Positions 11,823 to 24,424 of a stretch of 64,000 bases of DNA are shown here, piece by piece. A program made the translations under genes and the position numbers. The notes below the pieces were generated by a model. It ran no database searches, was not told the DNA's origin, and was given only the letters and a program-made list of their open reading frames with translations. Numbering within the stretch: position 1 is the stretch's first letter; every line of letters starts with the position of its first letter. Source of the DNA: Atractiella rhizophila (Eukaryota); the NCBI GenBank assembly GCA_021432655.1, contig MU271282.1, forward strand, positions 1 to 64,000. Reading direction: 5' to 3'.

Positions 11823-14789
11823 TACATTCACATCTAGCCAAGTCCCTGTTGCTTCACGAGTCCAGGATGTCTGAAGGTAATGACACATCTTTCATTGCTG
11901 CATCGACTATCGTGAAACTCGAAGGATGGGAGAAATACCATGCTGGTACTTTAGAGTCCAGGCTAAGCTTCTCGGAAGGAACTGCTGCTGGGGGATCGTT
12001 GCAGGAATGGATCCCAAGCCAACGAGTCTCGAGCAAGCGGAGGCTGCGAAACCAGAGAACATCGTGAGGGTCAACACAATCGAAGTGTCACAGAGGGATT
12101 GGACAAAGCGAGCATACCTAGCCTACTTGATCATCATCAAAGCCTACAAAGACCACGTACTTACTGACATCCGGGATATCGAAGTTGAGAAACCGAAAGA
12201 GGTTTGGGACAAGCTCAAGGAGCTCTACTAGACTCAGGACCCACAAGCGCGCGTACTGCTTCACCAGAAGCTTTACACAGTGTGTTATGTCGAAGGCGAA
12301 TCTATGCGGGAGCATGTAAACCGAATCAGAACCATGGGACAGGAGTTGAAAGCAATGGGGGACAAGACTGACAATGACGATATCACCATGCTCCTCCTCA
12401 TCTCGCTCCCACAATCCTGGATTGAGGTCGTCTCCTCCTTCAACACGGTTTCCACCTCCGACTTCACATTCTCATACGTCGCCTCCCGCCTTCTGCTCGA
12501 AGCGGACCGTAGGAACCCTGAATGAAAGACTACCTCAGAAGTGTTAGTAACGAAGACAGCACGAGGAGGAAAGTACTTTACCAAATTGAATCGTGGGAGT
12601 AGCGGAGGAAAACCGAAAAGTGAGAAGAAGTGGGGGAAATGCCATTATTGTGGCATTGAAGGACATTGGGAACGAGACTGCCGCAAGAAGAAGAGAGAAG
12701 GAGGGGAGAAACCTGGAGAAGCTAGAATATCAGAAGCATTCCACACAGGTACGGGGGAAGGAACGTACCGTGAGGGGATCTACGTCGATTCCGCTGCCAC
12801 AGACTACATCGTGCCCTTCGCAGATTGGTTGTGTTCACACAAGCCCCACTCGCGTCGCATCCGCTCATCCCACGGCGTCGTCACATAAGCAATTGGCATC
12901 GGCACTGTCAAAGTGTTAACAAAGGTCAACCGAGTAGAAAGAGAAATTGAGATAACTGACACTCTCTATGACCCCGAAATCGACTGTGCCCTCCTCTCCA
13001 CTGACAAGTTGAACACCCGCGGTTTCGACGTTTATTCTCCACGGACAGACAAGGAAAGGTGGTGAAGGGTGATGGTACTGTGGTCGCTGAAATCGTTGCT
13101 GAAGGCACACCGCGAAGATTGGATGCGTCAGTAATCATGAACGAAGGCACAAGCTCAAAACTCATGAGCACCGCAAAGCCGGCCTCTTCGCATGTCTGGC
13201 ACTCTCGATTAGGTCACATTAGGAGCGGAAGCCACAAGCTGTTGCAAGAAAAGGGAATGGTCAGAGGACTAGAGATAGGAGATGAGGGTCACCACTCACC
13301 ATGCACCGGATGCCTCCTTGGTCAACAACGCAAACTCCCATTCCCCTCCAGCCCCACCGAACAAGCAAGGGAGAAGCTCGAACTGATCCACATCGATGTG
13401 TGGGGTCCCGTGCCCATCAAATCGTTCGCAGGAGCTCAATACGGGCTCAGCTTTACGGACGATGCAACAAGAAGAAAGTGGATTTACTTAATGAAGTACA
13501 AATCCGATGTATTCTCCACGTCCAAGGAATTCAAAGCGAAAGTTGAACTTGAAACCAGCCAGAAGATCAAAGAATAAGACCAGACACAATGGCGGCGAAT
13601 ATACAAGCAACGAGTTCAAGACATACCTCAAACATGAGCAGACAGCTGCCTACACACCTCAGCAGAATGGTGTTGCCGAATGCCTCAACCTAACAATCAC
13701 CGCCCTCATTCGCTCAACGCTACACACGTCCGACCTCCCAAGAAGTTGTGTGGGGAGAACTCGCCATGGCCGCTATCCACATAATCAACCGGCACCCAAC
13801 CTCCACACTTGAAGGAAAGACTCTGTTCGAGGCCTGGACAGGAAAGAAGCCGTCAGTGGATCACTTATGAGTGTTGGGATGCAAGACTCACAGTCTGATC
13901 CCTCCTGAGCCAAACCGACAGAAAATCGTTGCGCGCTCGATGGAGGGGAGGCTGGCGGGTTACGACTGGGGGCGCAAAATGTATAGGATCTATAATCCCA
14001 AGAACGGAGCAGTAACCAAGCAGCTACATGTTCAATTCGACGAAACATACCGCACAACACTCCTACAGCCTATTGGAGTCCAAACGAGCGAACCAGCGGA
14101 CCCTCCTGTTCCGGAAACAACGTCAATTCCAGTCGTAACAAGAGAACAACCGAATGCAGATTCGATGTCATGGAAGACAGATTGAATGTAATCGAAAACA
14201 GAATGGATGCAATCGATCAACGGCAGCTTGACATTCTGAACACCATTCACGTGAAGGCATGCTATTGTCAGTCTGCTTATTGTTCGGACAAGTTGTTGAA
14301 GTCTGTGGAGGTGGAGTGCATGGTGTGGTTGATGCCTATCCTGCAAGAACCGAACCGTCATGGAACTCAGGGCCGGGTACCTACAGGTGCATCAACTTAA
14401 AGTTGCACCCGCTTGAAACCAATGACTGAATCGTCATCTGAAAACAGGGCTTCAGCCTCAACATTTGGGACTAAAGGATGAATCGCCTGACATCGAAGGG
14501 GTTCTGAATTTTTACTTTGAAGATGTACTCTTTTTCTACACATGTATCAAACTGGTTTGGTTTACATAAACAACTCAAATCATTCTTTTCAGGTTCCTCT
14601 TACCCTGCTGTCTTTTCTGCTTCCTCCATTCAATGAGCCTGTGCTAGTTCCGGTGTAGGCTAAGCTAGCTCTGCCGGAATCCATTTCTTCTGGTGCTCTT
14701 CTGCCTGGTTCGATTCCTCAAGTTGTGATCCTAAAGTTCTTGTCATCACAGCCTCACGGATACAAATCCAATCTTTGATTGGAAATTAT

Positions 14790-15035
14790 GGTTGTCTCAA
14801 CACCTTTTTGACCTCTCTGGAATAAAATCGCATACCTCAGACCCCTCTACACGAGGTGTCGATAACCTATCGACATGGGACACTTTCAACAAAATCATAC
14901 CCCTCAGACCCCTCTCTACTTGATGTCGATAACCTATCGACATGAGCCAGTTTCAATAAAATTGCTCTCCTTAAACCCCGCTTCGACTGTTGTCAATAAC
15001 CTATTGATCTGGCGGAGTTTCGACAAAATTGCACT
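14790..15035. repeat. Tandem repeat of about 67 bp, 3-4 units, each with the hairpin TGTCGATA-ACC-TATCGACA
   Basis: Palindrome starts at 14857, 14924 and 14991 (67-bp period). The intervening sequences are homologous to each other. Confidence 0.8.
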
Positions 15036-15329
15036 TATCGTTAATAACGTATAGAGAACACATGTCTAAACCGTTATAAATTAATTTTACAACTTTGAAT
15101 GTACTTTGTTTAATTGGAGATATATGCCAAATATAAACCAGAGCTATCCAATGAAGCGAGGATTTCAATAGATAAGTGTTTTAATATATGTCTTAGAGAG
15201 GACATTGCCTGTGCCTGCGAGTGTTTATGTTGTACATGACTTTTTGACTGGCTTGTTATTCCTATCTATGGCAGAGTTATACCCTGGTCAACTAAGAGCC
15301 AACAGTTTCGTGATGATGCTGTTTTTATT

Positions 15330-15515
15330 GGAGGCAGGGTGGTACCCTGGGTGCCTAGGAGGCAAGGATATAGCCAGGATCCTGTTCCTGACACAGGCAG
15401 GGTTTTACCCTAGGCGGCCAGGAGGCAAGGATGTAGCCGGGATCTCATTCCTAGGCGGCCAGGAGGCAAGGATGTAGCCGGGATCTCATTCCTGACAGAG
15501 GCAGGGTTGAACCCT
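15330..15515 (+). repeat. Minisatellite (GGAGGCAAGGATGTAGCCGGGATC-containing units) upstream of the Helitron helicase
   Basis: Three copies of the GGAGGCAAGGAT core, two of them near-identical. Confidence 0.75.
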
Positions 15516-15559
15516 AAAGTACTGTTAGTGGTCCTTTCTGGCCAGCAGTTCAAGTCCTC

Positions 15560-16614
15560 CCTCTGACCGTGAATATGCGCCTTCTTCGTCATCAAGCTGA
15601 AATGACACTGCGGGACTTCATGACTGCCTCTCGCTTTGCTGAATGGTTGCTGTCAGTTGGAAATGGTGCAACCGACAACCCAGAAGACTGTAGCTATGGT
15701 CTATTAACTATGAAGGATCAAACAATAGTCCCACTTGGCCCGGAGGATCTTTTAAATGATATCTATCCTGGACTCAGCACTATAACACAAGAAGTGAACT
15801 CAGTTGAGCTCAGGCAATACTTTCAGGAGCGATGGTCCTTACAGCCAGAAATAGTGATGTTGACCTGATAAATGATCAGCTTATTCAGGACTTTGTCTCC
15901 CAGCAGGAGCGAGTCTATCTCAGTGTCGATCGATTGATGGGCGACACTGAAAATATTCAACAAGGATTTATGGTTGAGTACCTCAACACTCTCAACATGA
16001 TGGGACTTCCTCTCCATCGGCTTCATCTCAAAGTTGGAGCCCCTGTCATCCTGTTATGAAACCTCAATCCTTCAGCTGGGCTCTATAACGGTACACGGTT
16101 GATGGTCACCCAGCTGCTTTGTCACGTTATTGAGGCTACAATCATTGCAGGAGCATTTGCCAGTACCTCAGTCCTCATCCCACATATTGCTTTGGATAGC
16201 AAGGTCTCCAATTCATTTCCTTTCACCTTATGCCGGTTTCAATTCCCCATCAAGTTGGCTTTCTGCCTCACCATCAACAAGTCACAGGGACAGTCAGTGA
16301 GGAACTGTTGGATTGTATTTGGACACACCAGTTTTTACACATAGACAACTTTATGTAGGACTTTCTAGGGTTTCGAACGCAAAGAATCTTCGAGTTTATT
16401 TACACCAAGTGCAAGGGATAGAGAATAAGAGGACAGAAAATATAGTGTACAGAGAAGTTTTGAATTTTCACAATCAGATGCATGTAAACCTACAATGAAA
16501 TCATATAGATTCTACCAAAACCCATGTGCATATGGTGAGTCAGTGCTCGCCGAAGGCGAGGCCTCACGCAGTGGCTGCCGGAGGCTGGGGTCCAAGGGGC
16601 GAAGCCCTGGCTTG
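15560..16614 (+). mobile_element. Helitron 3' part: decayed PIF1-type helicase C-terminus and terminal hairpins ending CTTG|T
   Basis: NMRL, FAEWLLSVGNG, LPLHRLHLKVGAPVILL, FPIKLAFCLTINKSQGQS, LYVGLSRV, NIVYREV. GC hairpins at 16545-16607; CTTG at 16611-16614. Confidence 0.9.
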
Positions 16615-16759
16615 TCATCCCTAACCCTAAGTTAGGCATGAGATCAATTTGAGGAGTATTCTGGGACAACTACTGGCTTATTGAAATGAAGATGAAGCTT
16701 AGAGAAAAGCATATGCACGTAGTAGCACAGCCGCAAGAAACTAACAAAAGGAGGTACAT

Positions 16760-19408
16760 ACTAACTAATGGTACGGAGCAAAAGGTTACCTAAACGGATT
16801 CAGGACAGGGAAAGAGGCTAACTGAAATCGGGCAGTTCGGTTGAGTGTTGAATAGGGCCTTTATATCGTCCAAATTGATCCACTCGAACAAAAAAGCTGT
16901 TTATCCACTCAATCAAGACAAATGCTTCTTTGTTGGAGAATCGGCAGCCATTCCTGGCTAGCTCTTCACAAACTTTTTTCATACCCTGTTCTTCCTCCCC
17001 AGTCCATTGTAAAAGAATCTTTGGGTGAAATCAAAGAACTCTTTGGAGTCGAAGCAGCAAAAGTACAACTCAAGTGTGTCCAGCTGCACAGCGCTTTGAA
17101 GCTGTAAGAAGAAATCCTTCGGCAAGATATTGCTGTTTTCGTGTCCTCCATCAATTTCCAGCCGAAGAAGATTCTGAGAATTCGATAGCCTCAAAGGTTC
17201 AGAGAAAACAACTTCCTGGATGTCAAAGGGTGAGTCCTCTTCATAGCGTATCACAAGGGTTCGAAGCTCTTGCTGCTGTTGATTGGAGAATGGAGGGGTT
17301 GGGGTAAGTGGCCGTAAGTACATCTGGTGTGCCGTCTGAACTCCAAAATTGATTAGCGAAGTCATGAATAACTTGCTTCCAAATTCAACATGAAGCTGCT
17401 CAACATTCTGGCACCTAAGGTCCTGCTTCGCTGCTATCTTTGAAAGAGGGGTGTGTAAGCGCCTCAATTTAACTGACACGAGACTTGAGGACTGTCGGTT
17501 GTCCAAAAACTCAATCACCATAGACTCATCCCAACCATCCAACTCCAACTGCTTGATGGTTTCGAGATGAGCTAGCTCCAACAAGGGCAAACGTTCTCCC
17601 TTAGCCACCGGATATGCGAGACTTAGATGGGAGATAGTCTGGTAAGGGACGATGTCTGAAACCAATGTATGGAGGGGAATGTGGTTCGTGTCCGAATAGC
17701 CGTATTTGACCGTGAACCACCGTCGTTGAAAGACTTTGAAGCGCCGCAAATAGTTGAGTTTTCCTTGTGTAGTGCTAGGTTCCGGTGATATTCCCATCAG
17801 TCGCCCCTGCCACAGCTTGCACACCGATCCATACTTCCTGAACTGGTTTTGCCAGAGCTCAAATGTTGAATTTCTGTCCTCCTGTACAAGAAGATACTCA
17901 AAAATGAGGTCCAACAGCTCAATAGGCAATGCTAGAATGGATGAACCGACAAAGCGTCGCTCAAGCCGCAGCGGACGCGTTCCGTGCCGCCACCCGAGTC
18001 TTTTTGGTGGCTGTGCGATGGCGGGGTTGTTGGGTGAGGGAGGTCTCCACCAAATAGCGTTTTGCACTGAAGGTCTTGTAGCTTGACTGGATTGCACTTG
18101 GGATTGCGAATTCGGGATGTCTATTGCCTGGAAGGGTGCGTTAGCAGGCGTGCCCTCTAAGGTCCACATGAAATGCGGTGGAGAGTAGCCAGGCCGGAAT
18201 TGGAACGGGGGATCAGAGCGTCTCATCATCCCCTCCTGATTCAACGCCGACAGAGGGGAACTGACGGCGGTGTAGACCGCCTGGAGATGATTAAATCCTT
18301 CGAAAACGCCGTTTCCTTGGGGGACGCTTTGGGCGATGCTTTGTGGAGCGGTGTGGGGAACACCGTCGTGGATGGCACTTTGGCCGTGCGCGTAACCCAC
18401 GGTGGGGGAGGGGATGAAGGGCTTGGAGAGTTGCTGGGCGCCGAGATTGAGTGGCAAGTTGTACGTCGTTGGGGCTGGATGAAGTTGGAAGCCATCATGG
18501 CTTACGATCGACTTGGCACATTGAAGCTGCTTTCGCTGAGTGATGCTCGCTTCAAGAAATCTCGTTTCTATGGGAAGATGTTAGCAAGACTTCATTCCTC
18601 CAAGGAAGTTGGATAGAATATGGATGATAAGGGTTTTTGTTGCCGCCAAGGAGAAGAAATTGTAACGTTCAGAGACGAATCGAATATGGAGCTCCGTTCG
18701 AATCTCTTACTATTATGAAGGATATGCTCACCGAGGTCTGACCGTCTCCACCTTTCCCAGGTATCCCAACTGTCTCCACCTCTGTTCACCGTCGATGGGG
18801 GCAGCAGATGGGGGCAGCAGATGATGACTTGCCCCGCTGTGCGAGTGCGAGTGGCTCACCTCAGGTTTGGGAGGCATTCCATCTGAACTGGGGAGAGCAG
18901 GGTCTGTCCGCATCCTCTTGTTAGGGAATCCAGTCTTGTGGTCTCTCTCCCTCTCCCTTCGCGGGTTCGTGTACCAGTCGTCCATTCGAGAGCTGGTGGG
19001 TAGGTGCATACGGCTCGGAGCGTTTGAATAGTCGTCTGGAAGATATGACAAGGGAGGAGGCGCAGGATTTTGAAGAGGTACCTGAAGTCCGCGTTGAAAA
19101 TGAGGCACAACAGATGTATTGTAGGCCGAAATTGGATTAGGTCCTGGGAGATTAATTGGACTGTCAAAGGCGTTTTCTGTATGCCCGAAAGATGGCACCG
19201 GTTGCGGGACCGTTTGCAGGCGAGGATCTTCAAGCGCGACCAATGAGTGTTTGCCGGGTATGAAATCAGAAGGAACAAATGAAGGGGGATCGTGGTGGTC
19301 CGATTGCGGAAAGTCCACAATCATGGCATCTGTCACGAACGGGACTGAAGTCGAAAGTTCGGATGCGTTGGTGGGTGTTTGAACGCTGGTTGAGTGCGGA
19401 TCTTCCAT
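16760..19408 (-). CDS. F-box-like protein with long Pro/Gln-rich N-terminus (ORFs 18728..19414 and 16979..18457 probably exons of one gene)
   Basis: ILALPIELLDLIFEYL...VCKLW F-box pattern, then a Leu-rich region with LEIDGGHENSN shared with the 50-kb paralogue. Outer boundaries and exon joining are inferred. Confidence 0.6.
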
Positions 19409-20459
19409 AAACAAGGTTGCGGCACTCGCGCCTGGCCCTTGATCTGCAAGTGGGATTGATGGTCGTTGCTCAATCGTTTCCTAAGAAAGATGCCAAGGCT
19501 TATGTTAGATGCGATGAGAAGAAGAAAAGAGAGATCATGCCCCCATTCCATCCTCCCCCGCCGAAACTTGTGCCATTTTGATGGACTGGACTCAGCTTGA
19601 TATCTGCAAATCAACGCTGGAGAAAGAAATAACTGACGAGAGGAGAAAGAAATAACTGACGAGATCGGCGAGTACTCGTAGTTTTCAACAACGTCCGGAC
19701 GTTGGTAAATCAGCGGAGATGGAGTGATTCGATGATCGATGATCGGCGACAAAGTGGTCTCGTTTTGACGTCGCCTTTTGGCTGCAAAACGTTCTCAATA
19801 CTAAAGCCACAACCATTTTGAGCGAACGATTGGGAAACAGTTTGCACTCCCAAGCGCGCTCGCTCAATACTGTGTTGCGCTTTGGTTTTGCGACATTTCG
19901 GTCCAAAACTTTTCAACACCTTTTGGACCAGTTTTAACGCCGACCGACTCCGACTCCTAAATAAATTGAACGACCCCTAAAAACTGCCAAGTGGCACAGG
20001 TGAGTCCGTTCTCGAAATCCAATTTAAGTAACGATACATTAATCGAACTCGATTGTGGAGCGTCTACGCGAGATGGCGGATGGGGGTCCAGGCTTCTTCG
20101 AGCCGTAAGACTAAAGGGAGAGATCTCGTAAAGTAGTGCCTGTTCCTCGATTGCCACCAGGACAATCAAGGCTCTGTCGATCAACACCATCTATAAGTCT
20201 CAGCACAATGTAGATGATCCCAGGCAGAACATCTGTCAATGGTCCCAGGCAGAACGTCTGTCAAGGCTCTCCTTCTGCCTCGATTGCCAGCAGAACAATC
20301 AAGAGAAAGCTGCTGCCTGTAGCGGTAAGGGTAAGGGGAGATGTTGATGAGATGTGGGATGATTGGAGTTCTCAAGGCCTCTCTTTTCAACCTTTGGCCT
20401 CTAAAGCTTCCTTTGTCCCTAAACGTTTCGGTTCGTTGCTTTGCAGGATATGCAATGAC

Positions 20460-20655
20460 ATAACCTTTCGTACGAGGGAAATAACCTTTCGTACGAGGGA
20501 AATAACCTTTCGTACGACAGGAATAACCTTTCACATGAGGGAAATAATCTTTCGTACGAGACAGGATAACTTTCGGCACGAGAGAAATAACCTTTCGTAC
20601 GAGAGTGCTTTCGTATGAGAGAAATAACCTTTCGTACGAGAGAAATAACCTTACG
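20460..20655 (+). repeat. 21-bp tandem array (ATAACCTTTCGTACGAGRGAA, about 10 units)
   Basis: Directly visible. Variants are mostly CpG transitions. Confidence 0.95.
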
Positions 20656-21137
20656 TTCAATGAACACAAAGTGGGATGAGAAGTCGCAATAGCGACCTTT
20701 TCTCGCGTTTCCTTGTTCAGTTCTCAGACTCATGTCGTTCCACTATACACGTCTAACGATTATCCTTATTTCTCTATGCGTTTTCCTCCATTCAGGCATG
20801 AGTCCAACCGCTACCGTCCCGTCGTCTTGTTGTTTTGTACCATCACATATCAGTACTCAGTGTGAGCCGTCCATGTAACGCAGTGAAGTTGATCACGTCT
20901 ATGACGTTTGAAGCGTTGCCGTTGTGGTGCCTTGCCTGTACAACTTCGTGCTCACATTGGCACTCGTTTTGATCATTATCCTCAGGAAAGTGAGATGTCA
21001 AGCTTGCATGTTACCGTCGGTTACCAACATTGCCAAAGCATCATTCATGTCATTGTACAACACAGAGATCGTTTAAGACGGGACAACGGGAGGGATGGTG
21101 CGATCAGGGCAGAGTTCTATAAAAACACTGGCATTAT

Positions 21138-23354
21138 TTAAACGTTCAAGCCGACTTCTTTCGCGAAGATGGATGCTGCCTTTTCCCCAATAGCTAAAGC
21201 AGCGTGATACGTGTTCTATCCCTCTCCCGTCAGATTGTATTCATGAGAATCCATTCCCACTTACACCGCTCAGATTTGAAGGGGCGATACCAAGATCAGC
21301 CACTTTGAGATTCTTCACCCCATAAACAGACAGGTTAGCGTCCACGACTCCGCCGTTTTGTCTGAACTTCATCGGAGTCGTCGCAAGTGTATGCCTTGAA
21401 CCATGTTAGCTGCTCGCTCCAAAGTTTACGCAAAATGAACCCGTACCAAGTTGTCACCACTTTATCGCGCACCCAGTTTTCAATGGCCTTGTCATCCTCC
21501 TCGGAATAGTTCAGAGTTGTCACAGAGTTTGCGTCCCACGTCGCATACTTCTGAGCACGGGCATTTGAAGTTGAGGAGAAAGCAGGATGATGAGTGCCAA
21601 GTTCTCCACGATACGAGGGCATCCTTCTAGCAGATTCTCGAGTGGCTTTGTACGTCCATAAGAAGGAATGAACATCAGCATCGTTGGTGAGGAAAGGTGC
21701 TTTGTAATCCGGAGGCGCATCAATATCGGCTGAAGTGATATGAATGTGACCTATCGTATTCCTGATCAATTAATGTGGTCCAAGAGCTGAAGCGATATAT
21801 ACCCTTAGAAAGAGCATGGGATAGAAATGTAGCCAGCCAGAAATATTTCCCAAATTCAACTCCAGTCAGGTCACCGACGTAGCCAGAGCCTTGCACAACG
21901 TTGGTTGTCACTTTATCCGTAGTCGTTTCACCCTTGGAAAGTTGCTCGAGTGTGGATGATGCAAAGTTCGCCATGAAAGGGAGTCGAATCTTTGCGACAC
22001 TGCAGGTAATTCAGTATAAGACACTGGAGGGGAAACCATTTGCATACCCATCAAAGGCAGTTGTTCCCAGAGGCCCACCACCATTTTTCTCAAACGCAGC
22101 GCCAGCTGCTGCAACCACATCAGGCTGTTCCCACAAAAAGGGATCACGAGTGTCTGCTTCGTCAGAAAGGTGATACATCTGATGGCACAAAGGATGATCT
22201 TGCAAACTGATTAAAATGCAGTTAGGAAGAACGATCTTGGTTTATGGAATACGCACTCTGTGCCAACATCTAACTCCACTCTCGACTGCACACCAGCTCG
22301 CGATAACACTTCCTTCTTCCCAATTCCACTTCTCTCCAAAATCAAAGGGCTGTTCAATGCTCCTGCACTCAAAACCACCAGCTTCCTCGCTCGAACCACA
22401 CCTTTACTGCCATCGTCTTTGATATATTCCAAGCCTTTCGCGACTGGCGTAGCATCATCAGAAAGGAGGACCTTCGTGACTCGAGCCTGAGCAATGATGT
22501 GCACCTTCGCATCCGGACGAAGTGAACTCTTGTCTGTGATAGGATCATATATGTTGGGTTTCAGCGCGAGAACAGTGTTGGCAGCGAGCAGAGAACGATG
22601 TCCAGTAGCACCGTTAATCCACTTGGCAAAAGGGCCGATCGCGTTGACGGAGTTGAAATCCATGACACTGCGTCGAGTAAGTCAACAGTGTAACATTATT
22701 TAGGTTTGTGAAATGTTCTACGCACTCTTCCTTGTGTTCGAGCCCAAGAGCAATACCAGCGTTAATCCACTCCTTTGAGACTGGTGCAGGTTCAGGGTTG
22801 GAAACATGCAACGGTCCATCGTATCCGTGAACGTCTTCCTTGCCTGGCAAGTAGTGGTTTTCAATCTAGAAAACACGGTATGATGAATTCATTCCTCAGG
22901 TAGAAGGTAGAACCCACCTTTCGCAGATAGGGCAACAAACCCTCATAGTCCCAGCCTTCAGCCTCTTTACCCCATGCGTCGAAATCCCCCTTGTTCCCTC
23001 GAGCGTAACACATGAAGTTAATTTGAGAGCTACCACCAACTCCATGACCTGTTGACCCATCAGCAAGCCTACATTGAGACCTAAGCAAAATGTCAAACCC
23101 CAAGTATTAAAAGTAGGTTTCCCGTTCAGTTCTTCCATAGGCTGCGAAAACACATTTCTGACAAGCGTCGACGGTGGGAAGACGTTGCGCCAAAGGTTTG
23201 CAGGAATATGTGCACCTTGTGAGATGTTAGCAGGTCCAGCTTCGATGGCCACGATCGATATATCTGGGTTCGCAGCTGCGAGCCTGGAGATGAGGACACA
23301 CGCAGAGGTGCCACAACCAGCAACAACGATATCTGCTTCTTCAGGTGGATTGAT
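21138..23354 (-). CDS. GMC oxidoreductase, alcohol-oxidase-like (AA3_3-like), multi-exon
   Basis: EEADIVVAGCGTSAC, GHGVGGSSQINFMCYARG, HGYDGPL, LSAGALNSPLILERSGIG, TTWH...GVVD...VYGVKNLKVADL...NTY (His/Asn pair). Frames join through GT-AG introns; start codon not found. Confidence 0.9.
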
Positions 23355-24319
23355 CTGTGAATTAGACGATGGTCCAAAGTGTGCCCTAGCTCCTCCTTTT
23401 ATGCAATATCAGGTCCGGAGCCGCCGCCTCGACCCCCGAAGCGTCAAGTTATTTGAGGTGGTGGATAGTACCCACTTACGAGTCACCGCCTAGGCCGTTC
23501 TCCTTCTCTCACTATTTGCAGGGAGCTCGGTGGAGGCGGAGTGGAGCTCTGGATTCAATTGCGACAGCAAAAGGACAATGTCCTGAAGATACTGTTGTGC
23601 TAAAAGAGGGAAAGCTAACTTGGCTCTCTTTCACAACATCCTCCTTGAGGACTGAACGGACAAGGAGCATGAATCACACGAGGTATCGACGTATATCAAC
23701 AGTTGCGAAAAGATAGTGATAATTTTCCGCACCGAGGTTACGCCCCGATGGCACCAAAAGACGGATGCGTTCAGTCATGTACATTTTGAACACTGGACTC
23801 AGACTAGGATTGGAGCAGCTTAGCGCTTTCTGCCTGCGTCGCTGCTCAATAGTGCTCAGTCCTGCACACGGATATCCAAGAGCACATGCTTTGTAAGCCA
23901 AAAGAAACAGTTCATAGCAGAAAGTCGGCAAACATTGATTGAAGCGTCGTCAAAGCTGTCAATCTGTAAAACACAAAGTACCTCAAGTTGAACGTCACAC
24001 AACAACATTTTGAATTGAAGAGGTTCTGCGTACGTTCCGAAATACTGAAAACTTTGAAGATGACCTTTTGACATGCATAACATAACGCACCTCATCATGA
24101 TTCATGAACTGAGAATGTCCAGGTAAGGATTTCATGCCGGAAAAGCACAGTAAAACGACATGGGTTAATATGGTGGTAGTGGAAATTTACAAAGTAGTAT
24201 AGCGAGGTCGCGAAGTTGCGAAGGAGCCAGAGCGACCAGAAGATACTATTGGAAGCACTTTCTCCTGAGCCGGCCATTTAGGACACAGGATGCATTTGGA
24301 CAGGCGGAATGACCTTCCA

Positions 24320-24375
24320 TTGTATGAGAAGACATAACCTTTCGTACGAGAAACATAACCTTTCGTACGAAAGAG
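24320..24375 (+). repeat. Second short copy of the 21-bp ATAACCTTTCGTACGA array
   Basis: Two near-perfect units plus one degenerate unit, in the same orientation as 20460-20655. Confidence 0.85.
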
Positions 24376-24424
24376 TATTATACTATAGACAAGTATTATG
24401 GACTGACTTCACAATTTAGAACAC

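Larger units (their letters stand above)
11620..14160 (+). mobile_element. Truncated Ty1/Copia retrotransposon (gag, protease, GAG-pre-integrase, integrase); RT/RNase H and 3' LTR absent
   Basis: UBN2-like gag, CHYCGIEGHWERDC zinc knuckle, YVDSAA protease motif, WHSRLGH...CTGC, LIHIDVWGP, TPQQNGVAE. Multiple stops and frameshifts. Confidence 0.92.

Noticed and set aside
14790..15035. CRISPR array (palindromic repeat with regular period)
   Set aside because: The intervening sequences are homologous to each other, there are no cas genes, and the context is eukaryotic.
16619..16636. Interstitial telomere (CCCTAACCCTAA then GTTAGG) next to the Helitron end
   Set aside because: Only two units, which is compatible with chance. 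Likewise TTAGGGTTAG near 43025.
20460..20655. CRISPR array, or real proteins in ORFs 20181..20669 and 20419..20733
   Set aside because: Contiguous 21-bp units with no spacers. The ORFs are stop-free readings of the repeat.
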